Assembly: GCA_963729635.1 (NCBI GenBank)
Contig: CAVSOP010000006.1
Location: 27,283-91,282 of the forward strand
Direction of reading: 5' to 3'
Length of the DNA: 64,000 nucleotides
Origin: an uncultured archaeon
GTDB taxonomy: Archaea > Micrarchaeota > Micrarchaeia > Micrarchaeales > CABMGC01
This document shows, one piece after another, positions 9,136-20,238 of this stretch; position 1 is the stretch's first letter; the number at the start of each line of letters is the position of its first letter. The notes beneath the pieces are model-generated. The model was not told the DNA's origin. It did no database searches and saw nothing but the letters and a program-made list of their open reading frames with translations. The position numbers were made by a program, and so were the translations under genes.

Positions 9136-11472
9136 TCAGGCGTATTTCACCGATGCGCGCAGCTTCCTTACGACCTCGCCCTCCTGCGCACCGATCTCCT
9201 TCTTCAGGCTCTTCCTTATTCCCGACAGCGAGCGCTCCACGCTCTCGTACGCCCGCGTCAGCTCGTCGAGCCGGCCGGCGTTCTCCCTCAGCCGCAGCAG
9301 CACCTCCGCGTCGGCGGTCTTGCTCATGAGCTTCCTGTTCGCGGCGCTGAGCTTCCTCACCGACCTGCCGTACTTGATGAACCCCTTGAATGTCGAGTTT
9401 GAGACCCTGTCGAACCTCCTGCTCCACGCGCAGACCTCGTCCATCACGGTGGCTAGTTGGTCGGCGGTCAGGGGCGCGGACGTCGCATTCCTGAACTTCT
9501 CGAAATCAGCTTCGCGGGCCTTCATGTACCTGCCCAGCAACTCGTCAGATATCCGCTTGGCGTCGTCGGCGCGCACGCCCTTCGCGCCGGATGTGAATGC
9601 CTTGTCGTACTCCTGCTTCTGCTCGCCGTTCAGGGTCGCGTACGCCTCGTTTATCTTCTGCATGATCTGGCCCGCGTCTATCTCCTTGCTCACGTCGGGG
9701 TGGTGCTTCTTGACCAGCTCCTTGTATGCGCGCCTTATCTCCTTCTGGTCGGTGGTGTACTTTATCCCGAGAACCGAGTAATAGTCTGCGGCGCCGGATA
9801 CGCGGAGGTCCATGCCGAACGCGCCGGCCTCCTTCTCGAGCATCTTCACGAAGCGATCGCTGTTCAGCAGCAGCCTCTCAGTGTACCTGTCCCTCATCGC
9901 CGTGTCGAAGGCTCTGAATGCGCCAGCGGCCCTTCCCAGAATGCCCAGAAGGGCGAGCATCAGCAGTTCAATCAGCGAGCCTCCGCGCTTCGCCGCGCCT
10001 TCGGTGGAATGCGCGGATGAGGCGGTCCCGCGAAGCCCGGTCTTCGGGCCAAGGCCGCCCGAGGCAGGGGATTTCTTGCGGATCCTGCCGCCGATACTCA
10101 GGTAGTGGGATTTCTTTTTCACTGCTTCGCCTCCATCGTCTGTCGTGTGCGACGCGGGCAGGCTAGCCTGGATTACCGCGTCCTTGGGAATCCCGTCGCT
10201 CGACCTTAGGACCTGCTTGTACGTCTCGTGCGGATGCTTCCCTTGCTTCCCCGTCAGGGCCTGCGGCGTTGCGCGGCGGTCAGCCATCGAAGGCCCGAGG
10301 GCGCCCTTCCCATCGCGAATCGCCCCTGGTCTGTAATCCGCAGTCCCCAGAACATATGAGCGGCCGGCAGTTGTCAGGTCGACTCTCGCTTGTCGCGAAT
10401 CATGAGGAGCATTCAGCGAGAGTTCGCTTACAACGGAAATTTCGCCAGTATTCCCAATCGCGTACACGAGCCTTTCCGCTCCGGTACGATTCACTACTGC
10501 GGAGTTCTCCCTGTGATATCCGACAGGAGGGATGAACTGATTCGCCGCGTAAGCAGGCAAAGCTGCGAACTGCTGCGCCATCGCGAATGCCGCGACGGCT
10601 TTCAGGGATTCGGATCCTTCAAGAAGTCCCGCCTTCGGCAGGGCTTCCGAGTAGCCCGAGAACACGGGAGCCCAGAGAGAGGCGGCAATCAGGGACGCCT
10701 TGAATCCCCGCGCGTCCCCTGCAGAGAAGCCTTCTTGCCTCGCTATCTGCATCACCCTTCCGAGAGCCGCGGTATGCTCTGAGTAGGTCGCGGCCCGGGA
10801 CGAGCCCCTTTGGGCGGAGACCTGCGCGATCGACGATACGGAGCCCTGAGTATTCTGCACTCCTGAAATCGCAGACGGTACCCTGACTTCGCCGAATGAC
10901 GCGATGATCCTGGCTCCCGATTCCGCGCCGGCAGTCGCCCCGCCATACGACATGCGGATCGTGGGACTGCCCGCAACCGGGCTCAGCGACGGCTGCATAT
11001 CGTGCAGCTTCGAAATCCTCAGGAAATCTACGACGTCCCCGCTCTGCGCCATGAACTTCACGCCGGAAGCACTTAGGGCAAGGGCGGCATTCGGAGTGAT
11101 CGCGCCGCCGCCGAGGAACCTTATATCGCCATGGCCGTTCGCCCGCAGGTAAGCCACGGTATCCGCAGCCATCCTCAGATGCGAATCGCTCGGCAGGCTG
11201 AACGCCACGGCTCTCGCGCCGTACTGCGCGACAGCGTCCGAGATTGCCGCGTAGTCTTGCGGGTCGCTCAGATATATCGCCCTGAAGCCGGCGCGGTTGA
11301 GGTCGTGGGCGACGGTCCTCGCGCCCATGGCGTGCGGGTCGTCCCCGAGTTTCACCACCAGAACCGCTTCGCCCGAGTTGCTCTCTCCATCTCGATCCAC
11401 GCGTCCGCCAATATCTTTGACGCGGCCGCGGTCCCCAAGCTCTTCAACTGCCCGCTGTTGGCGGCGAGCCAA
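9136..11472 (-). CDS. Multidomain protein: cobalamin-binding (DxHxxG) Rossmann-like domain, long linker, TM segment, DnaJ (J) domain, coiled-coil tail
   Basis: B12-binding motifs: VLVVKLGDDPHAMGARTVAHDL (DxHxxG), FSLPS (SxL) and FLGGGAI (GG). TM segment GSLIELLMLALLGILG. J domain DYYSVLGIKYTTDQKEIRRAYKELVKKHHPD. The start is uncertain: a GTG is possible near 11390, or the gene may fuse to the upstream ORF. Confidence 0.7.
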   Translation of the reverse strand: MARRQQRAVEELGDRGRVKDIGGRVDRDGESNSGEAVLVVKLGDDPHAMGARTVAHDLNRAGFRAIYLSDPQDYAAISDAVAQYGARAVAFSLPSDSHLRMAADTVAYLRANGHGDIRFLGGGAITPNAALALSASGVKFMAQSGDVVDFLRISKLHDMQPSLSPVAGSPTIRMSYGGATAGAESGARIIASFGEVRVPSAISGVQNTQGSVSSIAQVSAQRGSSRAATYSEHTAALGRVMQIARQEGFSAGDARGFKASLIAASLWAPVFSGYSEALPKAGLLEGSESLKAVAAFAMAQQFAALPAYAANQFIPPVGYHRENSAVVNRTGAERLVYAIGNTGEISVVSELSLNAPHDSRQARVDLTTAGRSYVLGTADYRPGAIRDGKGALGPSMADRRATPQALTGKQGKHPHETYKQVLRSSDGIPKDAVIQASLPASHTTDDGGEAVKKKSHYLSIGGRIRKKSPASGGLGPKTGLRGTASSAHSTEGAAKRGGSLIELLMLALLGILGRAAGAFRAFDTAMRDRYTERLLLNSDRFVKMLEKEAGAFGMDLRVSGAADYYSVLGIKYTTDQKEIRRAYKELVKKHHPDVSKEIDAGQIMQKINEAYATLNGEQKQEYDKAFTSGAKGVRADDAKRISDELLGRYMKAREADFEKFRNATSAPLTADQLATVMDEVCAWSRRFDRVSNSTFKGFIKYGRSVRKLSAANRKLMSKTADAEVLLRLRENAGRLDELTRAYESVERSLSGIRKSLKKEIGAQEGEVVRKLRASVKYA

Positions 11473-12161
11473 TCGGGGTTTACTTGCTTGTCCAGTGCAA
11501 ATTTGGAAGCATAACTCGCGAAGGTCGGGTCCTTGAGCATGTCGCGCAGATCCCGATTCTGCACCAGTTTCTTATCAGTCAGTGCGTCCGCATCGCCAAT
11601 CTTGTTGGCAGAGGCCAGCCAATTGCTGGTCCCGCCGGCACCCATGTGCTCGTATAGGTCCCACATCCTATCTGAGAAGAACCTCTGGTCTGCCAGTGCG
11701 TCGTACCCTTTCCATCCGATCACGAACAGGACGGAGGCCGCAACGTACAGGTCCCGACCTCGCATGGAATCGAAGAATTCCCCGGCGGTGAGCGCTTCGA
11801 AATGGCTCCCGTTGCTGTCTTCGTTGAGGGCGATCATGTGTTCGAGGCGGATGAGCGGGTCGAGCCGCATCATCTCGCCCCCTATCCTCTCCAGTTTCTC
11901 CGCCGAGATGCCAGGGGAGACATGGTTGATCAGCGCTTCGACGTTCGCGGGCGTCCCGATTCTTCCGGCATACTCGCGCATCTTCCGCTCCTCGTTGAGA
12001 GACCGCTCCTCCCCTTTCTCTTCCTTGCTCTTCTTCTCGCTGTCGCAGAAGAATTGGCCGATTACGGGCTTCGCTTCTCTGATGGATTCATTTACCGCGG
12101 AGTAATCCTGCGTCTTCGGAGTCGGCTTCCGGACGGTGGCTGAGATGGTCTGGACCGCCAT
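11352..12161 (-). CDS. Hypothetical protein, first gene downstream of the cobalamin riboswitch-like leader (possibly the N-terminal part of the B12-binding protein)
   Basis: Intact 269-aa ORF with GGAAGGGGTGA upstream of the ATG. No family recognised. Its 3' end overlaps the next ORF by 120 nt in another frame. Confidence 0.5.
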   Translation of the reverse strand: MAVQTISATVRKPTPKTQDYSAVNESIREAKPVIGQFFCDSEKKSKEEKGEERSLNEERKMREYAGRIGTPANVEALINHVSPGISAEKLERIGGEMMRLDPLIRLEHMIALNEDSNGSHFEALTAGEFFDSMRGRDLYVAASVLFVIGWKGYDALADQRFFSDRMWDLYEHMGAGGTSNWLASANKIGDADALTDKKLVQNRDLRDMLKDPTFASYASKFALDKQVNPDWLAANSGQLKSLGTAAASKILADAWIEMERATRAKRFWW

Positions 12162-12276
12162 TCAATCACCCCTTCCGCGCGGGGCCAGCCGCTGCGGGCT
12201 TATCTGACAAGGATGACGCTTTGCGTTCTCGGCTGGTAGAAATAGGCGCGTTTTATACATCTATACCCATGCTCGT

Positions 12277-12459
12277 GAGCTACATAGGACTCAGGCAGAC
12301 TGGCTTACCCGCGAGCGGGATTACAGTTGCGGCACAGCAGTGGAATCGCACCACTTTCCCCTGACTTTAGCTGGATCTGAACCCAGCTGTCCGGTGATAC
12401 CATTCGGAAGGATACGCTTATAATCCCTGCCAAGAAATTCTGGCACAGGACTATAGCTC
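12277..12459 (-). promoter_or_regulatory. Cobalamin (B12) riboswitch-like aptamer
   Basis: Minus strand reads AGGGGAAAGUGGUGCGAUUCCACUGCUGUGCCGCAACUGUAA, which matches the conserved core (compare E. coli btuB AGGGAAUCCAGUGCGAAUCUGGAGCUGACGCGCAGCGGUAA). This is followed by a CCCG-CUCG-CGGG hairpin and a B12-box-like AAGCCAGUCUGCCUG. A P1-like pairing GAGCUAUA (12452-12459) / UAUGUAGCUC (12277-12286) encloses it. Confidence 0.75.
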
Positions 12460-12541
12460 CAAGGCAACCTAACGTGCGCGTAAAGTCTTATAATCTTGCT
12501 CATCCTGTAGCTCTCGGACTGCTTTATCGCTGGATGAGAGA

Positions 12542-12739
12542 ATGGCCAAGGACAAATACAAAGGATGCATGCCTGGATGCGGATGCGGCAGCGCGGCCTA
12601 CGGGCTGGGGTTTATCGGTTCGCTGGTGTATTACGTGAGCACCGCGGCGACCTTCTGGCTCGCGGTCCTGGGATTCTTCAAGGCGCTGGTCTGGCCGGCC
12701 TTCCTGGTATACGGCCTGCTCAAGTTCCTGGGAATGTGA
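12542..12739 (+). CDS. Small Cys-rich membrane protein (65 aa)
   Basis: ORF MAKDKYKGCMPGCGCGSAAYGLGFIGSLVYYV... with two hydrophobic spans. No family recognised. Confidence 0.4.
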   Translation: MAKDKYKGCMPGCGCGSAAYGLGFIGSLVYYVSTAATFWLAVLGFFKALVWPAFLVYGLLKFLGM

Positions 12740-12837
12740 AAGGCCATCGCAGAGATAGGAGGGGCTCCAGCACAATTGAAACCGAATCCCAAGATTACTC
12801 CGAAATACTGCACGTTGGTGTCTTGCACTAGGCTAAC

Positions 12838-13908
12838 TTATTTTAATGTCACAGATTTTTCGATAAACCTGCCATAGCTGTCGGCGGCTTCCTTGATCCC
12901 TTCGTTTTGTTCCTTGTTTAACTTGGTGAAAGGAGACAGGGCGATCGTGACCCTGTTCTTCTCTTCCTTGCGCCTCCACGTGCCAATCACTCGACCTTCC
13001 GACACCAGAGCAGGCAGGAACGTCCCATTCGATCCATTGATGACCTTCGTCGCGTATTTCGGTTCGATTATTGATGCCCGATTCTTGTAAGCGACAAGAT
13101 ATTCGTCGAATGCTGGCAGCAAGTATGTGGTCCGCTTGGCTTGGTTGGCAGATGGATTCTTCTTCGGCATCCAATAGGTGTCCCCTGTCGATGTGTCTTC
13201 CTTCATGCGGGATGAGATTGCATCAAGGCCCGATTCAGCATCGCCCAGGCCGATGCCGGCCCACCACGCAAAATCCTTCAATGTTGCGGGACCATGACTC
13301 CCGAAATAGGTCCTGGCCAGCTTTGCAAGCACCGCGTCACGATTCGGCGGCTTTGGCACGGGGCTCTTAAACAGCGCGAACGCGGGACGGCCGCTGACGT
13401 GCTCGCTAAAGCAGATTATTCCCTTGCGGCCCGACCTTCGGATTATGTGCCTCTGAACATCGATTTTCCTGAACTCAGGTATGCCGGAATCTGAAAGCAC
13501 CCTGCCGAGATCTTTGTAGGTTAGCTGCCTTTCGTGCTTGAACGCATCTGAAACGAGCTCCATCCCCTTCTTGAGAAGTGGCCTGGTCAGTCCGTTCTTG
13601 CGCTGGCGACTTGGGATGCTGGCGTCTTCATGGTAAAGGCTCAGCATCCATTTCACCTCTTTTGGCGGAACCAGGTGCCATGTGCCGCGCATCGCCCAGG
13701 TCCTTATGATCTTTCTCTCCGCAATTGCATCCTCAACATCGGATTGCGTCGCCTTCTTGCAGCGGAGCCCCACGGCCCACAACGCATCCCGGTAAGCCTG
13801 CGCCTGAACTGCACCAAGATAGGATACGAGCCCTTCTGGTCTCATCGGCGATGGCTGGGAGATGCATTGATTGGCGAGCCTTAGCCTCGTTATCTCGTCG
13901 TTATCCAT
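12838..13908 (-). CDS. AlkZ/YcaQ-like winged-helix DNA glycosylase (DUF1006 family)
   Basis: Intact 356-aa ORF. N-terminal LGAVQAQAYRDALWAV contains a Q-x-Q motif like AlkZ. RTWAMRGTWHLVP, FAWWAGIGL and LLPAFDEYLVAYKNR match the family pattern. Visibly lower GC than the surroundings. Confidence 0.7.
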   Translation of the reverse strand: MDNDEITRLRLANQCISQPSPMRPEGLVSYLGAVQAQAYRDALWAVGLRCKKATQSDVEDAIAERKIIRTWAMRGTWHLVPPKEVKWMLSLYHEDASIPSRQRKNGLTRPLLKKGMELVSDAFKHERQLTYKDLGRVLSDSGIPEFRKIDVQRHIIRRSGRKGIICFSEHVSGRPAFALFKSPVPKPPNRDAVLAKLARTYFGSHGPATLKDFAWWAGIGLGDAESGLDAISSRMKEDTSTGDTYWMPKKNPSANQAKRTTYLLPAFDEYLVAYKNRASIIEPKYATKVINGSNGTFLPALVSEGRVIGTWRRKEEKNRVTIALSPFTKLNKEQNEGIKEAADSYGRFIEKSVTLK

Positions 13909-13912
13909 TGCC

Positions 13913-13929
13913 CCAGCCAGATTCGAACT
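13913..13929. repeat. 17-nt direct repeat of the 3' end of tRNA-Gln (CCAGCCAGATTCGAACT; second copy 13946-13962)
   Basis: Perfect 17-nt copy located 33 nt from the copy inside the tRNA. It looks like a truncated T-arm/acceptor remnant. Confidence 0.8.
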
Positions 13930-13940
13930 CGAACATGAGA

Positions 13941-14013
13941 TAGCTCCAGCCAGATTCGAACTGGCGTCAACGGGTTCAGAGCCCGCTATCCTTGGCCGCT
14001 AGACTATGGAGCT
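13941..14013 (-). tRNA. tRNA-Gln (anticodon CUG)
   Basis: Reverse complement AGCTCCATAGTCTAGCGGCCAAGGATAGCGGGCTCTGAACCCGTTGACGCCAGTTCGAATCTGGCTGGAGCTA folds as a cloverleaf. It has a 7-bp acceptor stem, a GTTCGAATC T-loop, anticodon loop CUCUGAA and discriminator A. Confidence 0.9.
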
Positions 14014-14030
14014 GCAAATTCAGTTTGCCA

Positions 14031-14805
14031 TTGCACATTAATAATATTTTCTCACTAATCCTAAGCTATGCTGAAGCGGAGGGCCTCGGCCTGTCGAAGG
14101 AGCTGGAGGACATAATCGTCGCGGACCTGGTGCTCTCGTTCGCGTTCACCATGGTGCTGAGCGGAGGCATCTTCGGCGGCGCGCCGAGCGTCGCGTCGCT
14201 GCTGCCCCTATTCGCGATATCGCTCGTGGCCGTGACGCTCTCCTTCGTACTGCACGAGATGATGCACAAGTTCGTGGCGCAGCACTTCGGCGCCGTGGCC
14301 GCGTTCAGGAGGTCGGACAACGGGCTGATGATCACGCTCATTCACGAGCCTCTTCGGCTTCCTCGTGGGCATTCCCGGGGCAACGGTCATCTACGCCCAC
14401 AATTTCACCAAGAAGGAGGAGGGTTACGTCTCGCTCGCGGGGCCTCTCACCAACCTCGCGGTCTTCGCCGTCTTCCTGGCCCTGGGGCTCTTCGCAGCGA
14501 GGTCGATCGGCTTCGCGAACGGGCTGTTCAGCGTAGGCTCGAGCGGCTTCGTGGGCGACCTGATAGGCACGACGATGCTCATCAGCCTGATACTCGCGTT
14601 CTTCAACATGCTGCCCATCTACCCGCTCGACGGGAGCAAGGTGCTGAGATGGAGCAGGCCGGTCTACTTCGTCGTCCTGGCGGCGGTTCTGGCGCTGCTG
14701 TTCCTGTTCTTCTCCACAAGCGACATAGTGTACAGCCTGGCCTTCATGCTGGTCTTCGCCTTCGCGATGAGCTTCTTCTTCAGGGGAGGGGGGCTGCGTC
14801 TTTAG
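14031..14805 (+). CDS. Site-2 protease family (M50) membrane metalloprotease, one apparent frameshift
   Basis: HEMMHKFVAQHFG (HExxH) in ORF 13992..14813, and FNMLPIYPLDGSKVL in ORF 14365..14805, with the frame switch near 14340-14365. The start is uncertain (TTG at 14025/14031 just after the tRNA). Confidence 0.7.
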
Positions 14806-14839
14806 AAAAGTAGGGTATGAGCAAGCCGCGCGTCTCGGA

Positions 14840-15177
14840 TTATCTGGTCACGCACCCGTAAACATGGCCTTTCTCCGTCGGTCCGCCCTCATCGAGTTTG
14901 ATGCCCAGCGCCTCCGCCTGCCTCCTGGCGTCCTCGTTTGCCTGGTGCGTCCACCCTTGCAGGTAGAGCCTGGAAGGCCCCTGCCTTTCCGGCCCTTCTC
15001 CCATGGGAGCCATGCGTGAAGTTGCTTTGAAACGGGTGGCGTCCATCCCGGCGCGGTCGCGCCTGCCTTCCCTGTAATCCGTGAGTTCCCTGCCCGCGGA
15101 TCGGGCATCATGCTCCAGTGCTCGGATCTGCGCATCAGGCTCGCCAGGAGCTCGTTGGCGCGGATCTCCTTTTCCAT
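14840..15177 (-). CDS. Hypothetical small protein, apparent frameshift
   Basis: ORFs 14848..15177 and 14840..15046 overlap in two frames and may be one gene. No family recognised. Confidence 0.25.
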
Positions 15178-15270
15178 GGATTTATTTCCGCAGGCAGGTT
15201 AAAATAACTCGCGGCGCGGCTCTCCAAGACCTTTATTAATTTTTACGACATAAATCCTAGTGGTATACTG

Positions 15271-17434
<2,164 letters not shown>

Positions 17435-17435
17435 T

Positions 17436-17858
17436 TTGCGATTAGAAGGTGTTTTTATAAAAATAGTATTCTCAGACAAGAAGACCGGGAAAACAGCGCA
17501 GCTTGAAGTGCCGAAGGACAGCGAGCCCATGCTCATAGGCAGGAAGATGGGCGAGACGGTGGAGGGCTCGGTAGTGGGCCTCGACGGATACACCCTGAAG
17601 ATAACGGGCCTCAGCGACAAGACGGGCGCCCCCTCCAGGAGGGAGGTCGAGTTCAGCCGGAAGTCGTTCGTGCTTCTCAGCGGCGGGCCGGGGATAAGGA
17701 ACTCGAAGAAGGGCAGGAGGATAAGGAGGCTCATAAGGGGCAACACCATAAGCGTCGACACGGAGCAGATAAACACCGTGATAGAGCAGTACGGCTCCAA
17801 GGGCGCGGACGAGATCTTCCCGAAGAAGGCGCCGAAGGAGGAGGAGAAGAGCGAGTGA
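17436..17858 (+). CDS. rps6e: 30S ribosomal protein S6e
   Basis: KIVFSDKKTGKTAQLEV ... GYTLKITGLSDKTGAPSRREV ... GIRNSKKGRRIRRLIRGNTIS is typical of S6e. The start codon is uncertain. Confidence 0.85.
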   Translation: MRLEGVFIKIVFSDKKTGKTAQLEVPKDSEPMLIGRKMGETVEGSVVGLDGYTLKITGLSDKTGAPSRREVEFSRKSFVLLSGGPGIRNSKKGRRIRRLIRGNTISVDTEQINTVIEQYGSKGADEIFPKKAPKEEEKSE

Positions 17859-17875
17859 TCGAGCCCGCTTGACTG

Positions 17876-19099
17876 ATGTTTATGGAAAAGATAAAGCAGA
17901 GCCAGATGAACATAGGCACCCTCGGCCACGTCGACCACGGGAAGACCACGCTGACCTTCGCCATAACCCACGCCTGGACCGACGTCCACAGCGAGAGCAT
18001 AAAGCGGAGCATGACCATCAAGCTCGGATACTCCGACGCGACGATATACCGCTGCGGCGAGAGCGGCTCGATGGAGTCCTACATCACCGAGGAGAAGTGC
18101 AAGGACGGCAAGGACGGCCGACGCCGGTCAGGAGGATATCGCTTCTCGACGCGCCCGGGCCACGAGACGCTCATGGCCACCGCCATAGCGGGGTCCAACA
18201 TAATAGACGCCGCGCTCTTCGTCATAGCCGCCACGGAGCCGTGCCCGATGCCGCAGACGAAGGAGCACCTGATGCTGATAAACGCGCTGGGGATAAGGAA
18301 CGTCATAGTCGTCCAGACCAAGGTCGACATAGTCGGCAAGGAGCAGGCGATGAAGCACCACGCTCAGATAAGGAACTTCATCAAGGGCAGCAGCATAGAG
18401 AACGCCGAGATAATACCGGTAATGCCGAACAAGAACATAAACGTCGACGCGGTGCTCGAGGCGATCGTGAAGATGGAGCTGCCCAAGCGCGACACCACGT
18501 CAGACCCCACGATGTACGTCGCGAGGTCCTTCGACGTGAACAGGCCGGGCACGAAGATGTCCGAGCTCCTGGGAGGGGTCGTCGGCGGATCGATAATAAA
18601 GGGGAAGCTCAAGGTCGGCGACGAGATAGAGATAAGGCCGGGCATCAACACTTCAAAGGGCGACAAGAAGAAGGTATCGTACTCGCCGATAATAACGACG
18701 GTCGAGAGCCTCCTCGCCGGGAAGGACCCGCTCGACGAGGCCATAGCTGGCGGGCTCATAGCGGTCGGCACGGACCTGGACCCGTCGTTCACCAAGGCCG
18801 ACGCCCTCGTCGGGCAGATGGTCGGGCGCGTCGGGAAGCTGCCCGGAGCCGGTCATGGAGATAGACGTCAAGTACACCTCGCTCGACAGGAACGACATCC
18901 CGAAGCAGGCCTTCAGGCCCAACGAGCCCCTCATGCTCGGCATAGGCACCGGCACGAACGTCGGCTACGTCAAGGTCGCCAAGAAGAACTCGCTGACCAT
19001 AGAGCTCAGGCACCCGGCGTGCATCGACAAGAACACGAAGGTCTCGGTGCTGAGGAACTTCTCGCAGAGGTGGCACCTCTCGGGCTACGGAGTGCTTAA
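17876..19099 (+). CDS. eif2g: Translation initiation factor aIF2 gamma subunit, apparent frameshift near 18845, 3' end approximate
   Basis: G domain NIGTLGHVDHGKTTL, DAPGHETLMATA-like RPGHETLM, and VQTKVDIV (NKxD-like). The C-terminal domain continues in ORF 18855..19298 (MEIDVKYTSL...RWHLSGYGVL). The conserved S6e-aIF2gamma neighbourhood is present. Confidence 0.9.
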   Translation: MFMEKIKQSQMNIGTLGHVDHGKTTLTFAITHAWTDVHSESIKRSMTIKLGYSDATIYRCGESGSMESYITEEKCKDGKDGRRRSGGYRFSTRPGHETLMATAIAGSNIIDAALFVIAATEPCPMPQTKEHLMLINALGIRNVIVVQTKVDIVGKEQAMKHHAQIRNFIKGSSIENAEIIPVMPNKNINVDAVLEAIVKMELPKRDTTSDPTMYVARSFDVNRPGTKMSELLGGVVGGSIIKGKLKVGDEIEIRPGINTSKGDKKKVSYSPIITTVESLLAGKDPLDEAIAGGLIAVGTDLDPSFTKADALVGQMVGRVGKLPGAGHGDRRQVHLARQERHPEAGLQAQRAPHARHRHRHERRLRQGRQEELADHRAQAPGVHRQEHEGLGAEELLAEVAPLGLRSA

Positions 19100-19184
19100 C
19101 GTGACTAGTCAGAGCAGGCCCAGCTTCTTCGACTTCGACACGATCGCTCCGAGAAGCCTCTTCCTTCCTGAAGCCTTGCCGATG

Positions 19185-20104
19185 TCATACTGCCCTCGGC
19201 ACCTCGAATCCCGCCGCGTGCGGATGGCCTCCGCCGCCGAACGCCATAGCCAGCGCGGTCATGTCGCTCTTGACGCTCCTGATGCTGGCAGTGCGTGAGC
19301 CGGTCTTGATCAGGATGCTTATGTCCGCACCAGTCCTGTCGAGCATCGCGCGGCAGGCGTCGCTCGAATCGACCTCCTTGGAGAATCCGACGGCCATCTT
19401 CCCCGAGACCACTTCCAGGCCGCCCAGCAGGGCCCTTATCCTCAGGTTATTGGTGCGCTCGTAGCTCTTCGCGGCGTCGCGCATGCTTCTTGTCGAAGAA
19501 CCTCCCCGAGCCGATGACATCGGCGATCCTCCTGAGCCGCTTCTGCCTTGCGTCGAACGAGCCCCCGCTGCCCAGGTGGTTTATGCTCATCGAGTACGTC
19601 CTTGCCGCGGAGCGGGACCATGAGGGGTTCGGCAGGGAATCGAAGCCCAGGAATAGGTCGATGCAGTGCACGAGGCCTGACGAACCTCTCCACGAAGTCG
19701 CCGGTGAGTCGGGTGTACTTCTTGGTTATGTCCGTGGCGCAGGCGCACCTGTTCTCCCCGACGATCGCGGTCTCGCACCTCCTTGGCTATCTCACTGAGT
19801 CGCCTGTCGCTCCAGTAGTGGTGGTCCAGCCAGACCACCGCGCCGCCCTTAGACCTGACAAGCCTGACGAAACGGGAGACAGTGGCGTGGCAGGTTCGGG
19901 TTCAGGGAGAGGTCCGTGAAGAACACGAGGGAGCCCTTCCCCAGGCGCGGCGCGATCCTGCGGATGGCGTCCTCGAAGTCCGCCAGCGAGTGGTTGACGA
20001 AGAAAAGGTCTGCCGGAGTCGAGGTGGTACCTCATCTTGAGCAGCGAGGCGCTGCCCACGCCGTCTATGTCGTCGGCATGGGAGACGACGAAAGTGCTTT
20101 CCAT
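19185..20104 (-). CDS. DHH/DHHA1-family phosphoesterase (NrnA/RecJ-like), several apparent frameshifts
   Basis: N-terminal MESTFVVSHADDIDGVGSASLL (DHH-type motifs) in ORF 19787..20158. C-terminal GGGGHPHAAGF (DHHA1 motif) in ORF 19185..19520. The middle lies in other frames. Confidence 0.7.
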
Positions 20105-20238
20105 GTTCTTATCTGCACGGCAAGAATAATAGAGCTTTTCGGGATCACGGGCGGGCACGCCTCCGGCTGGGGTCCATTACACTAATTGAAGGATTAGAAG
20201 GGCCTGGACTTGGGGGAAGTGCAGGCCCCTGGTCCCCC

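Noticed and set aside
12380-12397. Hairpin GCTGGATCTGAACCCAGC resembling a tRNA T-arm fragment.
   Set aside because: The loop is 8 nt with no T-loop consensus. It lies inside the cobalamin-riboswitch-like structure and is better explained as one of its peripheral helices.
9136-13908. Whole 9.1-13.9 kb block as a single horizontally acquired island anchored at tRNA-Gln.
   Set aside because: Parts of the J-domain gene use host-like AGG/ATA/AAG codons. There is no integrase and no distal att copy. Only the 12.2-13.9 kb part looks compositionally different, so the island claim is limited to a possible scar.
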